Origin: a bacterium
GTDB lineage: Bacteria > Bdellovibrionota_C > UBA2361 > CALJRW01
Assembly: GCA_031385045.1 (NCBI GenBank)
Contig: JANNBC010000054.1
Span: forward strand, 1-64,000
Direction: 5' to 3'
DNA: 64,000 bases
The notes under the pieces were generated by a model. It did not search any database and had not been told where the DNA came from. It worked only from the letters and a program-made list of their open reading frames with translations. The translations under genes and the position numbers were made by a program. Each line of letters begins with the position of its first letter. The stretch's first letter is position 1. Shown in pieces: positions 21,326 through 32,667 of this stretch.

Positions 21326-22840
21326 TTAATTAGAAGTATCAATTCGATCCAGACTCTCAACGCTAGATGTGCCACTCTCGACTAAGGTCATCTCAGAGAC
21401 ACGAGTAATCTTAGCATCTTGGTGAAGCTCTTTAATGTTTAAAACGCCAACGTTACACATCGTTGATTTAATCTTTGCAACAGTGATATCAACTTTTTCT
21501 GCTAATGGTCCACTATAAGGAACATAAGCATCGACACCCTCTTCGAAAATTAATTTATTTTGCTCAGACTGTTTGTAGCGTTGCCAGTTACGTGCGCGGT
21601 TAGAACCTTCACCCCAATATGGCTTATAGGCAACACCTTTATAAGTAATTCTTGGTGTAGGACTCTCTGCTGTCATAGCAAAATATTTACCCATCATCAC
21701 AAAATCAGCGCCCATGGCTAAAGCCATAATAATATCAGTATCCGAATTTAAACCACCATCAGAACAAACTGGAACATAAATTCCGGTCTTCTGATAATAC
21801 TGATCACGTGCTTCGCAAACCTCTTGCACAGCCGAGGCTTGTCCTCGACCGATACCTTTTTGACCACGAGTAATACAGATCGAACCTCCACCGATACCTA
21901 CTTTTACAAAATCAACATCTGCTTCTTCCACCAAATAATGAAAGCCTTCTGCCGTCACAACATTACCTCCACCAAGGGTAACTTTATCACCATAAGTAGC
22001 TCTTAGCTTTTGAGTAGCAATCTTTTGCCACTCAGTAAAACCATCTGATGAATCCAAGCAAAGACAATCTACACCAGCTTCAACTAAGGCAGCAGCTCTC
22101 TCTTCATAATCAAAAGTATTTAGTCCGGCAGCGACAAAGAGTCGCTTATCAGGATCAGTTAGCTCATCGGGATTAGTTTTATGATCGTAATAATCTCTTC
22201 TAAAAACTAAAGCTTTTAAATGTCCTTGGCTATCAATAATAGGCAGGCATTCTTTTTTATGTTCCCAGAGTTTTAGCGTAGCGTCTTTTAAGCTAATACC
22301 TTCAATGCCATAAACAAGCTTATTCATTGGAGTGTAGAACTCACTAATCGGGCGACTAAGGTCATCATGAAATTCCCAGAAGTCCTTACTAGTTAAAATT
22401 CCTAGAAGCTTAGAATTCTTTTTGCCATCTTCAGTCACTGCAATCGTAGAATGCCCTGTGAGATCTCTTAATTTAATGGCATCTGATAAAAGATGATAGG
22501 GCGCAAGATTAGAATCAGAATCAACAAACCCAGCTTTATGTTCTTTAACCTGGCGAATCATCTCCGTTTGTTGCTCAATTGATTGTGAACAAAAAATAAA
22601 AGCCGCTCCACCTTTGCGAGCTAAGGCGATTGCTAAATCGCTTCCCGAAACAGATTGCATCGCGGCTGAAACTAAAGGGACATTGAGTACCTGCGATGGG
22701 CCATCAGATTTATGAAATTTTTTAATGGGAACCTGTAAATTAACATTTGCCGGAGTGTGTTTAACTGTCGTTAAACCAGGCAACAATAGGAATTCTTTGA
22801 ATGTGCGGGAGATTTCGGAAATTATTTGAGCCATGCTCAT
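21326..22840 (-). CDS. guaB: IMP dehydrogenase
   Basis: PLVSAAM, CBS pair, KVGIGGGSICIT, CSDGG, EEGVD. Confidence 0.96.
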   Translation of the reverse strand: MSMAQIISEISRTFKEFLLLPGLTTVKHTPANVNLQVPIKKFHKSDGPSQVLNVPLVSAAMQSVSGSDLAIALARKGGAAFIFCSQSIEQQTEMIRQVKEHKAGFVDSDSNLAPYHLLSDAIKLRDLTGHSTIAVTEDGKKNSKLLGILTSKDFWEFHDDLSRPISEFYTPMNKLVYGIEGISLKDATLKLWEHKKECLPIIDSQGHLKALVFRRDYYDHKTNPDELTDPDKRLFVAAGLNTFDYEERAAALVEAGVDCLCLDSSDGFTEWQKIATQKLRATYGDKVTLGGGNVVTAEGFHYLVEEADVDFVKVGIGGGSICITRGQKGIGRGQASAVQEVCEARDQYYQKTGIYVPVCSDGGLNSDTDIIMALAMGADFVMMGKYFAMTAESPTPRITYKGVAYKPYWGEGSNRARNWQRYKQSEQNKLIFEEGVDAYVPYSGPLAEKVDITVAKIKSTMCNVGVLNIKELHQDAKITRVSEMTLVESGTSSVESLDRIDTSN

Positions 22841-23079
22841 TTATAGCAAAACTAAAAACTGATGACAAATTTCCTAGTTTAATTAATGTAATTAAAGGTT
22901 TTTAAAGAAGAAATAGTCCTAAATGCTCTCTACTACAAGCAAAACTCGCAAAACTAAGGACTGTTGATTAGTTGTTTATTTAATGGTTCTTATGGATTTA
23001 GAGATATTACTTACTTCCGCTAATATCAAGCAGATCCTGTATCAGCCAATCACTTTTTGGCTGTAATTTTAACAACTGA

Positions 23080-24315
23080 CTAAATAGAAAACTTAGCAAG
23101 TAATTCAAGGTGCGCCGTCTGCGGAAACATGTCGACTAACTCAATAAACTCAAGTTTATAACCTCTAGTCATTATCTGCTTGGCATCCCGCGCAAAAGTT
23201 GCCGGATTACAGCTAATATAGATAATCTCTTTAGTCTTAGTCAGATCCGCTTTTTGTAAAGCATCTTTTGCTCCGGCACGGGGTGGATCTAAGACTAAGG
23301 ATTCTTGAATTTTATTCCTAGCAACAAAATCTTCAGCAGTCGAACGTATAAAATGTAAATTCTTTAGCTGCAACTTCTTAATTTGATCTTGGGCAAAACC
23401 AACTAACTCCCGATCTAATTCCACAGCTACAACTTTTTCCACTTGCTGATGAATCGGAAAAGTGAAATTTCCTCCTCCCGCATAAAGCTCAGTAACTAAT
23501 TTTCCTTTTAGGTTTTTAAGTAATAATTGTTGCAAATATTTATTGCCCGCAGGATTCACCTGTGAGAAATGACCTAAGGAATTTTCTTCCTTAATGTTGG
23601 AAAATATAACTTGGCGTCCATGAATAATTTGCAGACGATCAAACTTAGATTTTAATTTAGTTAAGGCACTAACAGCCTCCACTGGACAGTTTCGTATTTT
23701 AGGATCCATTTTGAACAAAACAAGCGGAACTCCTTGATCAACATCTTCAATTGTCACCCCAATCAGCGACTCTGGAAATGACGCTTGTTGATCAATTAAA
23801 ACTCTTAATGTTTGATTAATTTTGTCTTGTGCCAGCATACAATAATCAATCGCTATAATCTTATTAGAATCAACTTGAAAAAATCCTAATATTCCATCTT
23901 TCCAATGTAAGTTAATTCGCTGGCGATAATGATATGCTGGTAAATTATGCTCAAAGGCGCGAAGTTTTCCTTGATATTCGTCCCCAGTTATTTTTTTATA
24001 AGTCTGTAGAAATAAATCTTTCTTTAATCTTCTTTGTTCAGCAATTTCTAAATGCTGCAAGTTACAGCCACCACATTCACCAAAATATTTACAAGGAGCT
24101 TCGATTCTATTGGCTGCCGGCTCCCCAATTTTAATTAGCTGGGCATCAAGGAATTGCTTTTGTTGCTTTAGGACCTCTAACTCTACAACCTCTTTTGGTA
24201 AGACATTGGGAACAAAGACCGTCATCCCTAAAATTGTGGAATCCTCAGCCTTGGTAACGGTTCCCGCAAAACGTCCATCAGAACAGAGCGCGCGGATTGT
24301 AGCAGTAATTTTCAT
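23080..24315 (-). CDS. 23S rRNA m5U methyltransferase, RlmD/TrmA family
   Basis: TRAM domain, CKYFGECGGC cluster, FSQVN, LDPPRAG, YISCNP, DMFPQT. Confidence 0.9.
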   Translation of the reverse strand: MKITATIRALCSDGRFAGTVTKAEDSTILGMTVFVPNVLPKEVVELEVLKQQKQFLDAQLIKIGEPAANRIEAPCKYFGECGGCNLQHLEIAEQRRLKKDLFLQTYKKITGDEYQGKLRAFEHNLPAYHYRQRINLHWKDGILGFFQVDSNKIIAIDYCMLAQDKINQTLRVLIDQQASFPESLIGVTIEDVDQGVPLVLFKMDPKIRNCPVEAVSALTKLKSKFDRLQIIHGRQVIFSNIKEENSLGHFSQVNPAGNKYLQQLLLKNLKGKLVTELYAGGGNFTFPIHQQVEKVVAVELDRELVGFAQDQIKKLQLKNLHFIRSTAEDFVARNKIQESLVLDPPRAGAKDALQKADLTKTKEIIYISCNPATFARDAKQIMTRGYKLEFIELVDMFPQTAHLELLAKFSI

Positions 24316-25445
24316 AGACGATGAGTATCATAACTAATGCTTAAAGCAATGCCTGAAAGAAACATCACATTAAACATCGCAGAGCCACCGTAGCTGATAT
24401 AAGGTAGCGGAATTCCAACAACTGGCAGAATTCCAATCACCATACCAACATTCACAAAAACATGAACTAACAGATAAAAGCCAAAGCCAATACAAAAATA
24501 TGACTGAAAAAGATGTTTTGCCTTGGGAGCGATACTCATCAGTTTTAAAATCAAAACTAGATATAAGACTAATAAAATACTACAACCAAAGAACCCCCAT
24601 TCTTCTGCCAATGCTGAAAAAATAAAATCCGTAGTATGCTCAGGTAAGAATTCTAATTGCGTTTGGGTTCCCTTTAGAAAACCCTTACCGAAAATCTCTC
24701 CCGATCCAATGGCAATTTTTGATTGAATCGTATGATATCCTTGACCTAGCGGATCAGCTTCAGGATTAAATAACGTTAGAACGCGATTTTGTTGATAAGG
24801 CTTAAGTATAAAACTCCAAGCAACAGGCAAAAAGAATAGACCTAAGAGTCCCAGCGTTGCTAAAACTTTAAATCTAATTCCAGAAACCAAATAAATCCCA
24901 GAAACTATTCCTAAAAAAGCTAAAGAAGTACCTAGGTCAGGCTGAATAAGAATCAGAGCTAGAGGAATAATTGTAATAATAAAAGGTATGATTAATTCTT
25001 TCCAGCTAGCGAGCTTACTTAGATCTTTATAAGTAGAAAGATACCAAGAGAAAAAAACAATCCCTGCAATCTTAGCTAATTCTGAAGGTTGAAAATGAAT
25101 TGGTCCAATTGGAATCCAGCGCGAAGAACCCTTAGCACTATGTCCAGCAAAGATTACGATCAGCAATAAAACAATGGTTACCAAATAAAGTGGAATGGCA
25201 ATTTTTGCTAAACGCTTGGTCCCAAAGAAAAATCCAATTGCCAGTGGAATCAGTCCTAGTAACATGTTTTGTAGTTGCTTGATAAAATAACTACTAGAAA
25301 TTTCCAGTGGGAGCCAGGTGAAAAGTCGAATACTATGGTCAGGATTATATCCAGCACTATAAAGTAGTAGTAAGCCTAAAGACATTAAACCTAAGATTGG
25401 TAATATCAAGAATAGATCAATTTTTTGGGATAGGCGGTGAAACAT
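24312..25445 (-). CDS. rodA: Rod shape-determining SEDS protein RodA
   Basis: FQPSELAK, QPDLGT, LPEHTTDFIF, PYISYGGS; in mre operon. Confidence 0.95.
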   Translation of the reverse strand: MFHRLSQKIDLFLILPILGLMSLGLLLLYSAGYNPDHSIRLFTWLPLEISSSYFIKQLQNMLLGLIPLAIGFFFGTKRLAKIAIPLYLVTIVLLLIVIFAGHSAKGSSRWIPIGPIHFQPSELAKIAGIVFFSWYLSTYKDLSKLASWKELIIPFIITIIPLALILIQPDLGTSLAFLGIVSGIYLVSGIRFKVLATLGLLGLFFLPVAWSFILKPYQQNRVLTLFNPEADPLGQGYHTIQSKIAIGSGEIFGKGFLKGTQTQLEFLPEHTTDFIFSALAEEWGFFGCSILLVLYLVLILKLMSIAPKAKHLFQSYFCIGFGFYLLVHVFVNVGMVIGILPVVGIPLPYISYGGSAMFNVMFLSGIALSISYDTHRL

Positions 25446-25492
25446 TTTTTAATAAAAATTTGAAAATAAATATTGTAAACCCAAGAAGTAAT

Positions 25493-26344
25493 TTATGAAC
25501 AATTCTCTGCTCTGACCTTCATAGCTTCTTCTTGCCAGCCAACAAGTTTTCTAATTCTAGTCTCTGTAGCTGGATGCGTTGATAGAAATTCAGCTGGTTG
25601 GTTAGTCTTAGCTTGTCCCATTCTCTCCCAAAGTCTTGGAGCCTCTGCTGGATCAAGACAAGCTTTAGCTAATAATATTAATCCGATATAATCAGCTTCC
25701 GACTCGTGTTTCCTGGAAAATGGTAGTTGTAATCCAAACTGTGAACCTAAACCAAGTGCTCCCATAATCATTCTCTGCTGATCGTAATCCATATCTCCCA
25801 CAGACATCCCAACCGCCATTGTTCCCAACTGCACAAATTTTTCATGAGTCATCCGCTCAGCACCATGACGAGCGATAACGTGAGCAACTTCATGACCGAT
25901 GACTGTCGCCAAGCCAGATTCATTTTTAGCAATTGGCAATAATCCAGAATAAACAGCAATTTTTCCTCCTGGCAAAGCAAAAGCATTTGCTTCTTCTGAT
26001 TCAATCAGATTAAGTTCCCATTCCAAATCATCACGACCAGTAACAGTAATAATTTTTTGCGCTACATTGCGCACAAACTCTAAATCCTTTCCAGAATTAA
26101 TAATTTTTGATTGAGCTAATATTCGTTGATAAGAAGAAAAAGCTAAAGGCTTAATTTCTTCTTCGCTAACAGCAACTAATTGGGTACGACCGCTAAAGGG
26201 AACAACTTCTTGGCTACTTTTATAATAGTAAACCATCACCACAGCGAAAATTAATAGTGGCCAAATCTTAAATTTACCATTACCACCGCGACCCCCAGGC
26301 AGGCGAAAATTGAAATTACTTAACGGATTTTGAGAGTAGGCCAT
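25493..26344 (-). CDS. M48 family zinc metallopeptidase (Oma1/YfgC-like)
   Basis: NAFALPGG, GHEVAH, FSRKHESEAD, FLSTHP. Confidence 0.92.
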   Translation of the reverse strand: MAYSQNPLSNFNFRLPGGRGGNGKFKIWPLLIFAVVMVYYYKSSQEVVPFSGRTQLVAVSEEEIKPLAFSSYQRILAQSKIINSGKDLEFVRNVAQKIITVTGRDDLEWELNLIESEEANAFALPGGKIAVYSGLLPIAKNESGLATVIGHEVAHVIARHGAERMTHEKFVQLGTMAVGMSVGDMDYDQQRMIMGALGLGSQFGLQLPFSRKHESEADYIGLILLAKACLDPAEAPRLWERMGQAKTNQPAEFLSTHPATETRIRKLVGWQEEAMKVRAENCS

Positions 26345-28151
26345 CTTTTTCCTTAATTTGATTACGATAATAACTTAACAGAACATCACGAGCGATTGGT
26401 GCCGCTGCGACTCCACCATGTCCACCATGCTCAACCAAAACAAAAACTGCGATATCTGGATTTTCATGCGGTGCATAGCCAATAAACATAGCATGATTTT
26501 CACTATCTTTACCTAATAAATTCTTTGACGATTTAGTCTGCGAAGTAGCAGTTTTTCCAGCAACAATGATTCCAGTTTCCTTTTCAATACTAGCTTTTTT
26601 TCCTGTTCCGCGTGGTGAATTAACTACCGACCAAAGACCTAACTTAATCGCTGCTAGTTGCTCTTGATTAATAGGTACATTACGAATTAGGCGATCGGGC
26701 TCTAGCGGCGTATCTTTAATTAAAGTTGGTTTAATTAGGTGTCCACCATTTAAAAGAGTCGCAAGGCCCCGAATAATTTGAATTGGCGTAACGGACAAGG
26801 CTCCCTGACCAATTGCTACCGAGGGCGTTTCTCCCGGATACCAAATCTGATCCTCTGGTTTTTTAAAGGCACTTTTCTTCCACTCGGTAGAAGGGACAAG
26901 TCCCTTAGCTTCACCGCTCAGATCAATTCCCGTAGCTTCTCCTAATCCAAGTTCAGAGGCATGGTTATGAATACCATCAATTCCCAGCTTCACACCAAGT
27001 TCATAGAAATAAACATTACAGGACATGGCTAAGGCTGACTCTAAGTTCACAATACCATGCCCACCTTTTTTGTGACAATTAAATCTAGTTCGGCCATTAA
27101 GCATAAAGTAACCTGGGCAATTAACTTTTTGCTCAGGATCAATTAGCCCTTCAGCTAAGCCAGCATAACTCATAAAAATTTTAAAGATCGATCCTGGTGG
27201 ATAGGCTCCAGCAGTTGCTTTGTTACTTAATGGTCTCTCTGGATTCAATCCCAGCTCCTGCCACTGTTTTGTATTTAATGGATAGTTAAAAATATTGGGA
27301 TCAAAAGAAGGTTTGGAGACTAAAGTTAAAATCTCTCCATTATGAATATTCATAGCAATCACTGCACCATTACTATCTCCCAAACCTTGGTAAGCAGCTT
27401 GCTGCATTAAAAGGTCAACGCTTGTCACTAACTTCTTACCATCGCGATCGGGGCGAATTAATTTTTCAGCTCGTTTTTGTCCTTGAGCATTTACAGTGAC
27501 AGAACGAACACCACGTTTTCCGTGTAATCTTTTCTCATAAACCTTTTCCAAGCCTTGTTGCCCAATTCGATCTCCCGCAAGATAACCACGATAATCAGGA
27601 CTATCTAACTGTGCTTGGCCAATCTCTCTTAAATAACCTAAAAGATGGGCATTAACCTCTGGGTAAAGATACTCCCTGCGGGGAATAATATTAATTTGAA
27701 TATTTGGGAAGCGATAAATAGTTGCAGAAATTAAGGCCAATTGATCCCGAGATAAATTAGAATACAACAAGCGATTATGAAAACCACGTCTTCCTTTGTT
27801 TAAGGTTTGATACTTTTCCTCAATAGTATTCTGATCTTCTCCTAGAACTTCACTCAAATAAGCAAAAATCTCGGATAAGGAATTATTCTTATCTGGTAAT
27901 AACTCTAAATCAAAAGAAGGACGACTTTTGGCTAACAACTCGCCTGTTCGATCATAAATCATTCCACGCGCTGCCGTTAAGTACTCCAATCGAATTCGAT
28001 TATTCTCAGATAGATGAGAAAAATGTCTCCCTTTGATAATTTGCAAATAGACTAGACGACAAAACAATAGCGTAAATAATCCAATAAAGATCCAACTAAA
28101 GATTTTCAGTCGTGAATTTAAAATCTGTTGTGTCGCTGGAGCTAAAGCCAT
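26316..28151 (-). CDS. mrdA: Penicillin-binding protein 2
   Basis: PGSIFK (SxxK), SCN, KTA motifs; N-terminal TM; follows mreD. Confidence 0.95.
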   Translation of the reverse strand: MALAPATQQILNSRLKIFSWIFIGLFTLLFCRLVYLQIIKGRHFSHLSENNRIRLEYLTAARGMIYDRTGELLAKSRPSFDLELLPDKNNSLSEIFAYLSEVLGEDQNTIEEKYQTLNKGRRGFHNRLLYSNLSRDQLALISATIYRFPNIQINIIPRREYLYPEVNAHLLGYLREIGQAQLDSPDYRGYLAGDRIGQQGLEKVYEKRLHGKRGVRSVTVNAQGQKRAEKLIRPDRDGKKLVTSVDLLMQQAAYQGLGDSNGAVIAMNIHNGEILTLVSKPSFDPNIFNYPLNTKQWQELGLNPERPLSNKATAGAYPPGSIFKIFMSYAGLAEGLIDPEQKVNCPGYFMLNGRTRFNCHKKGGHGIVNLESALAMSCNVYFYELGVKLGIDGIHNHASELGLGEATGIDLSGEAKGLVPSTEWKKSAFKKPEDQIWYPGETPSVAIGQGALSVTPIQIIRGLATLLNGGHLIKPTLIKDTPLEPDRLIRNVPINQEQLAAIKLGLWSVVNSPRGTGKKASIEKETGIIVAGKTATSQTKSSKNLLGKDSENHAMFIGYAPHENPDIAVFVLVEHGGHGGVAAAPIARDVLLSYYRNQIKEKDGLLSKSVK

Positions 28152-28155
28152 CTTG

Positions 28156-28668
28156 TTATATTTTAGATGAAGTTAAAAACCAACGTGATAAGAGTGGAAA
28201 AATCAAAGGAGCAATTAGTGCTGTGGCCAAGGCATCTTTCATTAAAGCTAATAAATTACTAAGCCCGACATCAATGAAAATATTCTGGATAATTTGCTGA
28301 ATAAAAATTAGTAGGAATGCACCCACCGCCCCAGAAAGAACCAAAACAAATTGTGAGTTAATGTAAAGATTATTGGCAATTGTCGAAAATATAAAAAAGA
28401 TCATAATACTGGCAATCATTGAAGGCCCCAGCAAAACAGCGATTTGAAAATCAAGCAAAAGTCCTAGGAGCCAACAAAAGATTAAACCCCCAGTGGTTCT
28501 CCAATAAAAAGCTAAAAACATAATCACAATTGCCATTAATTGAGGAACATACTGACCGGCAAAAAGATTACTAAAAATTGCTGTTTGAAGAATCAGCAAT
28601 AAGATCGTTAAACAAATAAACGCCACTAATCTTTTGCTATCAGTCCGAAAACTTCGATTAACTTTCAT
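28156..28668 (-). CDS. mreD: Rod shape-determining protein MreD
   Basis: Hydrophobic 170-aa ORF between mreC and mrdA; GLLLD motif. Confidence 0.8.
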   Translation of the reverse strand: MKVNRSFRTDSKRLVAFICLTILLLILQTAIFSNLFAGQYVPQLMAIVIMFLAFYWRTTGGLIFCWLLGLLLDFQIAVLLGPSMIASIMIFFIFSTIANNLYINSQFVLVLSGAVGAFLLIFIQQIIQNIFIDVGLSNLLALMKDALATALIAPLIFPLLSRWFLTSSKI

Positions 28669-29473
28669 CGATTTTATTATTTAAAAGATAAACCGTTTCA
28701 ATGCGACTCAAATTCGTGGCCGGTTTGATATAAATCTCTTGAAACATTCCTGGTTGAGTATCATCAACCTGAATCACAACCCCAACGGAAAGGCCATGCG
28801 GAAAAATACCATCAGCGCCAGAAGTAATGATTCGGCTTCCAACAGCAACTTTGTCTTCCTTTGGAAGATAATTCCAAAGCAATAAATTTTCCTTGGCTCC
28901 TTGCACGACACCTCGTGCTCTAGTTTCTTGACTAATACTGTCGACACCACTTAATGGATCGCTAACCAAAAGAATTTTGGCACTACTTTTTGTTACAGCA
29001 ATCACCTGACCAATTAAGGCAATTCCATCAACGGCAACTTGTTTTAACTGCACTCCATCATTACTACCCCGGTCAATTGTAATTGTTTGTTGTTGAGACT
29101 TATTGGAATAAGCAATCACATTAGCAACTAAACCTGCCCGCTGCTCGATGACTGAAAATTTTAAAATCTGATGAAGTCTTTGGTTCTCAATTTCACTTTC
29201 ACGAAAGCGAGCATTCTCCGCCTGTAGAAACTTAACTTGATCTTGAAGCTTAGTATTCTGCTCTTGGACGTGAAATAAATTGATATAGTTATCAAAATAA
29301 TCGACTAGCGAGCTACGAGTGAAAACAAACGAACCAGAAAGCGGAGCAGTTAAATTGACTAGCACTTTACTACCAAACTGCCCCAACTCGCGATTACTAT
29401 TAGAGTATGCTGATAGTAACAGCGACAGAAAAATTAAGACTGCTGTTAAAATGAAATTGGCTCTTTTTTCCAC
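28658..29473 (-). CDS. mreC: Rod shape-determining protein MreC
   Basis: Coiled coil ENQRL, IDRGSNDGV, TSGADGIFP. Confidence 0.92.
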   Translation of the reverse strand: MEKRANFILTAVLIFLSLLLSAYSNSNRELGQFGSKVLVNLTAPLSGSFVFTRSSLVDYFDNYINLFHVQEQNTKLQDQVKFLQAENARFRESEIENQRLHQILKFSVIEQRAGLVANVIAYSNKSQQQTITIDRGSNDGVQLKQVAVDGIALIGQVIAVTKSSAKILLVSDPLSGVDSISQETRARGVVQGAKENLLLWNYLPKEDKVAVGSRIITSGADGIFPHGLSVGVVIQVDDTQPGMFQEIYIKPATNLSRIETVYLLNNKIDES

Positions 29474-29523
29474 TAACCTTCTAATAAAATAAAGTAATGA
29501 AATTACCTTTTGGAATCACGGTC

Positions 29524-30540
29524 TTAATCAAGCATTAATTCTTTGACTAGATCAAGGCGATCTAAAATTGCCCCAGCACCCATTACCACAGTAGTTAATG
29601 GATTTGGAGCTACTGCCACGGGCAGATTAGTTTTTTCAGAAATTAAGCGATCGATATTCTTCAGCAAAGATCCACCGCCAGTCATGGTAATACCATGATC
29701 ATAAATATCAACAGCTAGCTCGGGAGGAGTTTTTTCAAGTGCTAAGCGCACTGCTTCAATAATTTGATTAATTGGCTCCGCCAAGGCTTTGCGGACATGA
29801 GGTGTTCCAATCATGGTAGTCTTCGGCACGCCTTGCAACAAATCTCGACCACGAATCTCAATCTCTTTATCTTCACCATCGTCCATGGCGCTACCAATCT
29901 CAATTTTGATTTGCTCCGCGGTTCTTTCCCCAATTAACATATTAAAATGTCGGCGAACATAATTCTGAATAGCATCATCCATTACATCTCCTCCAATTCG
30001 CACTGATTGAGAATAAACGATTCCTTTCATTGAGATAATTGCAATCTCGGTTGTGCCACCACCAATATCAATAATCATATTTCCACAGGCCGCCGTTATT
30101 GGTAGTCCCGCTCCAATAGCTGCAGCGATCGGTTCTTCAATTAAATAGACTTCTCGAGCTCCAGCAGATTCTGCGGCTTCTTTTACAGCTCTTTTTTCAA
30201 CTTCCGTTACCCCATATGGTACACAAATAATAATCCGTGGTTTGAAAATACTGGTTAAACTAGATGTTTTTTTAATTACTTCACGTAACATGGCTTGAGC
30301 TAGCTCAAAGTCGGCAATCACTCCATTGCGAAGTGGTCGAATGGCCCGAATCTTTTCCGGAGTTCGACCAATCATTTTTTTGGCTTCATGACCAACAGCT
30401 AAAACCTTACGGCGTCCACTATTATTAAGTCCGACCGCTACTACACAGGGCTCATCATAGACAATTCCCTCACCTTGGGCATATACCAACAGATTAGCTG
30501 TCCCCAGATCGATTGCTAGATTTTTTGTAAAGAATTTCAA
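29524..30540 (-). CDS. mreB: Actin-like MreB
   Basis: AIDLGTAN, IEEPIAAAIGAG, DIGGGTTE. Confidence 0.97.
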   Translation of the reverse strand: MKFFTKNLAIDLGTANLLVYAQGEGIVYDEPCVVAVGLNNSGRRKVLAVGHEAKKMIGRTPEKIRAIRPLRNGVIADFELAQAMLREVIKKTSSLTSIFKPRIIICVPYGVTEVEKRAVKEAAESAGAREVYLIEEPIAAAIGAGLPITAACGNMIIDIGGGTTEIAIISMKGIVYSQSVRIGGDVMDDAIQNYVRRHFNMLIGERTAEQIKIEIGSAMDDGEDKEIEIRGRDLLQGVPKTTMIGTPHVRKALAEPINQIIEAVRLALEKTPPELAVDIYDHGITMTGGGSLLKNIDRLISEKTNLPVAVAPNPLTTVVMGAGAILDRLDLVKELMLD

Positions 30541-30888
30541 TTAGTTACGGATTTATAAAGTAAGCTAAGCGTTATATCATTGGGGTTTTGCAAAATCAAG
30601 GAGAGGCCCAAATGTAATTTAATAGCTATTTAAGTAGCATTTAGAAACCTTTAATCCCTCCTGAACATCAATATTAGAGAAGATCTGAATGTTAGATCAA
30701 CCGAAACAGGCTAATTTCTTAAATCTCAGGATTTTAGTGACTAGACTGATAAAATTACCCTCGGTGAGTCTATACTGGACTTACAAGGTTAAAAAACTCT
30801 TGGTTGAATTGATAAGCTCAGAAAATCATTAAAAATTATTTTTTGATGAAGGCTCAACATTTTTAATCTCCTAAACGATAAGTAATTT

Positions 30889-32265
30889 ATGTCGATTAAC
30901 CTACAATTAATTCAGAAGACTTCCCAGCAGTTACTCATGTCTCTGCAACTTAGACAAGCTATTCAACTCTTAAGTCTGAATAATGCTGAATTGCAAAATG
31001 AGATTCAAACTCAACTTAATGAGAACCCCTTCTTGGAACTACAAGAAGATCAACCTGTGAAGAAAGAGTCACCTGCTGAACAAAAAGAAACTGACTTTAT
31101 TTGGACGGACTTGAATTATAATGGTTCCGCAGAAGAACAAGATTCTGAACCAGGCTATCTCGGTGCATTATTAAATCAGGAGATTGATTTAACTGCTCAA
31201 ATTTTGGAACAAATAAATTATGCCGATCTGGAGTTAGAAGAAAGAGAAGCATTACTAGCACTGATTAATAACTTAGATGACGAAGGATATTTAAACGTCT
31301 CCTTAATTGAAGTCGCCAGCCAGGTTGGTTGCTCGATCTACTGTTTAGAAAAAATGCTCGATCTACTGAAGTCTTTAGAGCCAGTAGGTATCGGAGCTTG
31401 GGATCTAAGAGAATGTTTATTATTACAATTAGAAAGAAATCATCAAAATGAATGGTTAGCCTTTCAAATTGTCGCTGAAAGCTTACAATTGTTGGCTGAA
31501 AAAAAATATCAACAAATTGCTAGTAATTATTCCGTTGATTTAACGGCGGTGCTCCATGCCACTAAATTAATTCAATCATTGGAACCTCATCCAATGCAAA
31601 GAATTTCTAAAAGCACTGCGAAGTATATCATTCCTGATTTGAAATTAATTAGAGCAAACAACCAATGGTTGGTACAGATTAATGAAGAGAACTTACCTAA
31701 CATTGCCATTAGTGATTACTATTTGAATTTAATTAACAATAATCTTTATCAATCAAAAAATGAGAAATCATTTTTAAAGAAGAAGTATAAAGAGGCTGGA
31801 TTTTTTCTACAGGCTATTTTTCAAAGAAACCAAACTATTAAATTAGTTGCTGATTGTATTGTGCGCCATCAAGTAGCCTTCTTTGATGGTTCAGCTAATC
31901 TTAAGCCATTAATCTTAAAAAATATTGCCAAAGAGTTAGAGATTCATGAATCAACGGTGAGTCGCGCTGTTGCTGATAAGTTTATCTCTACACCTAAAGG
32001 TATTTATCCGTTAAAATATTTTTTTACGCAAAAGTCTTCTGACAAAGACAATGCTGTTTCGGCACAAGAAGTTCAAAATCAGATTAAAGAATTAATTAAG
32101 CAAGAAAGCCAATTAGATCCAATTAGTGATGCTGGACTTTCTGCTAAATTATCGGAACAAGGAATTAAAATTGCCAGACGAACTGTAGCTAAGTACCGTG
32201 AAGAACTAGGAATTCCATCCACTGTGATTCGCAAGAAAGATTATTCAGTTAAAGCTTCTCTTTGA
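30889..32265 (+). CDS. rpoN: RNA polymerase sigma-54 factor
   Basis: Q/L-rich region I, HESTVSRA, RpoN box ARRTVAKYRE. Confidence 0.97.
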   Translation: MSINLQLIQKTSQQLLMSLQLRQAIQLLSLNNAELQNEIQTQLNENPFLELQEDQPVKKESPAEQKETDFIWTDLNYNGSAEEQDSEPGYLGALLNQEIDLTAQILEQINYADLELEEREALLALINNLDDEGYLNVSLIEVASQVGCSIYCLEKMLDLLKSLEPVGIGAWDLRECLLLQLERNHQNEWLAFQIVAESLQLLAEKKYQQIASNYSVDLTAVLHATKLIQSLEPHPMQRISKSTAKYIIPDLKLIRANNQWLVQINEENLPNIAISDYYLNLINNNLYQSKNEKSFLKKKYKEAGFFLQAIFQRNQTIKLVADCIVRHQVAFFDGSANLKPLILKNIAKELEIHESTVSRAVADKFISTPKGIYPLKYFFTQKSSDKDNAVSAQEVQNQIKELIKQESQLDPISDAGLSAKLSEQGIKIARRTVAKYREELGIPSTVIRKKDYSVKASL

Positions 32266-32319
32266 AAATCAAATAAGCTAAAATTAGAACAAGATAGACT
32301 TTTAAACTAAACTTTTAAA

Positions 32320-32637
32320 ATGAAAACTATGAACGACCACAACGTAAACTTTAACTTTACATTTCGTAATACTGACGCCAGTGATGCAGTAAAAGACTAT
32401 GCGACAGAAAAGCTAACGATCAGCCTAAAAAAATTCATCCATCAGGATGTGGATGCTCACGTAATTTTAGATGTTGAAAAACGTCGTCAAATCGCTGAAT
32501 TATCAGTGCATTGCTATGGTCAGGACTTCAATTGCAAGGAAGAAAGTGAAAGTATGTATAAATCACTAGACGCTATTGTTGAGAAAATTTCTAAACAGCT
32601 AAGACGTCATAAAGATAAAGTTACCGACCATCATTAG
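32320..32637 (+). CDS. hpf: Ribosome hibernation promoting factor
   Basis: S30AE pattern (MYKSLD...KQLRRHKDK); canonical position after rpoN. Confidence 0.9.
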   Translation: MKTMNDHNVNFNFTFRNTDASDAVKDYATEKLTISLKKFIHQDVDAHVILDVEKRRQIAELSVHCYGQDFNCKEESESMYKSLDAIVEKISKQLRRHKDKVTDHH

Positions 32638-32667
32638 AATTAGCTTGATCCAATGATCAAATAGACT

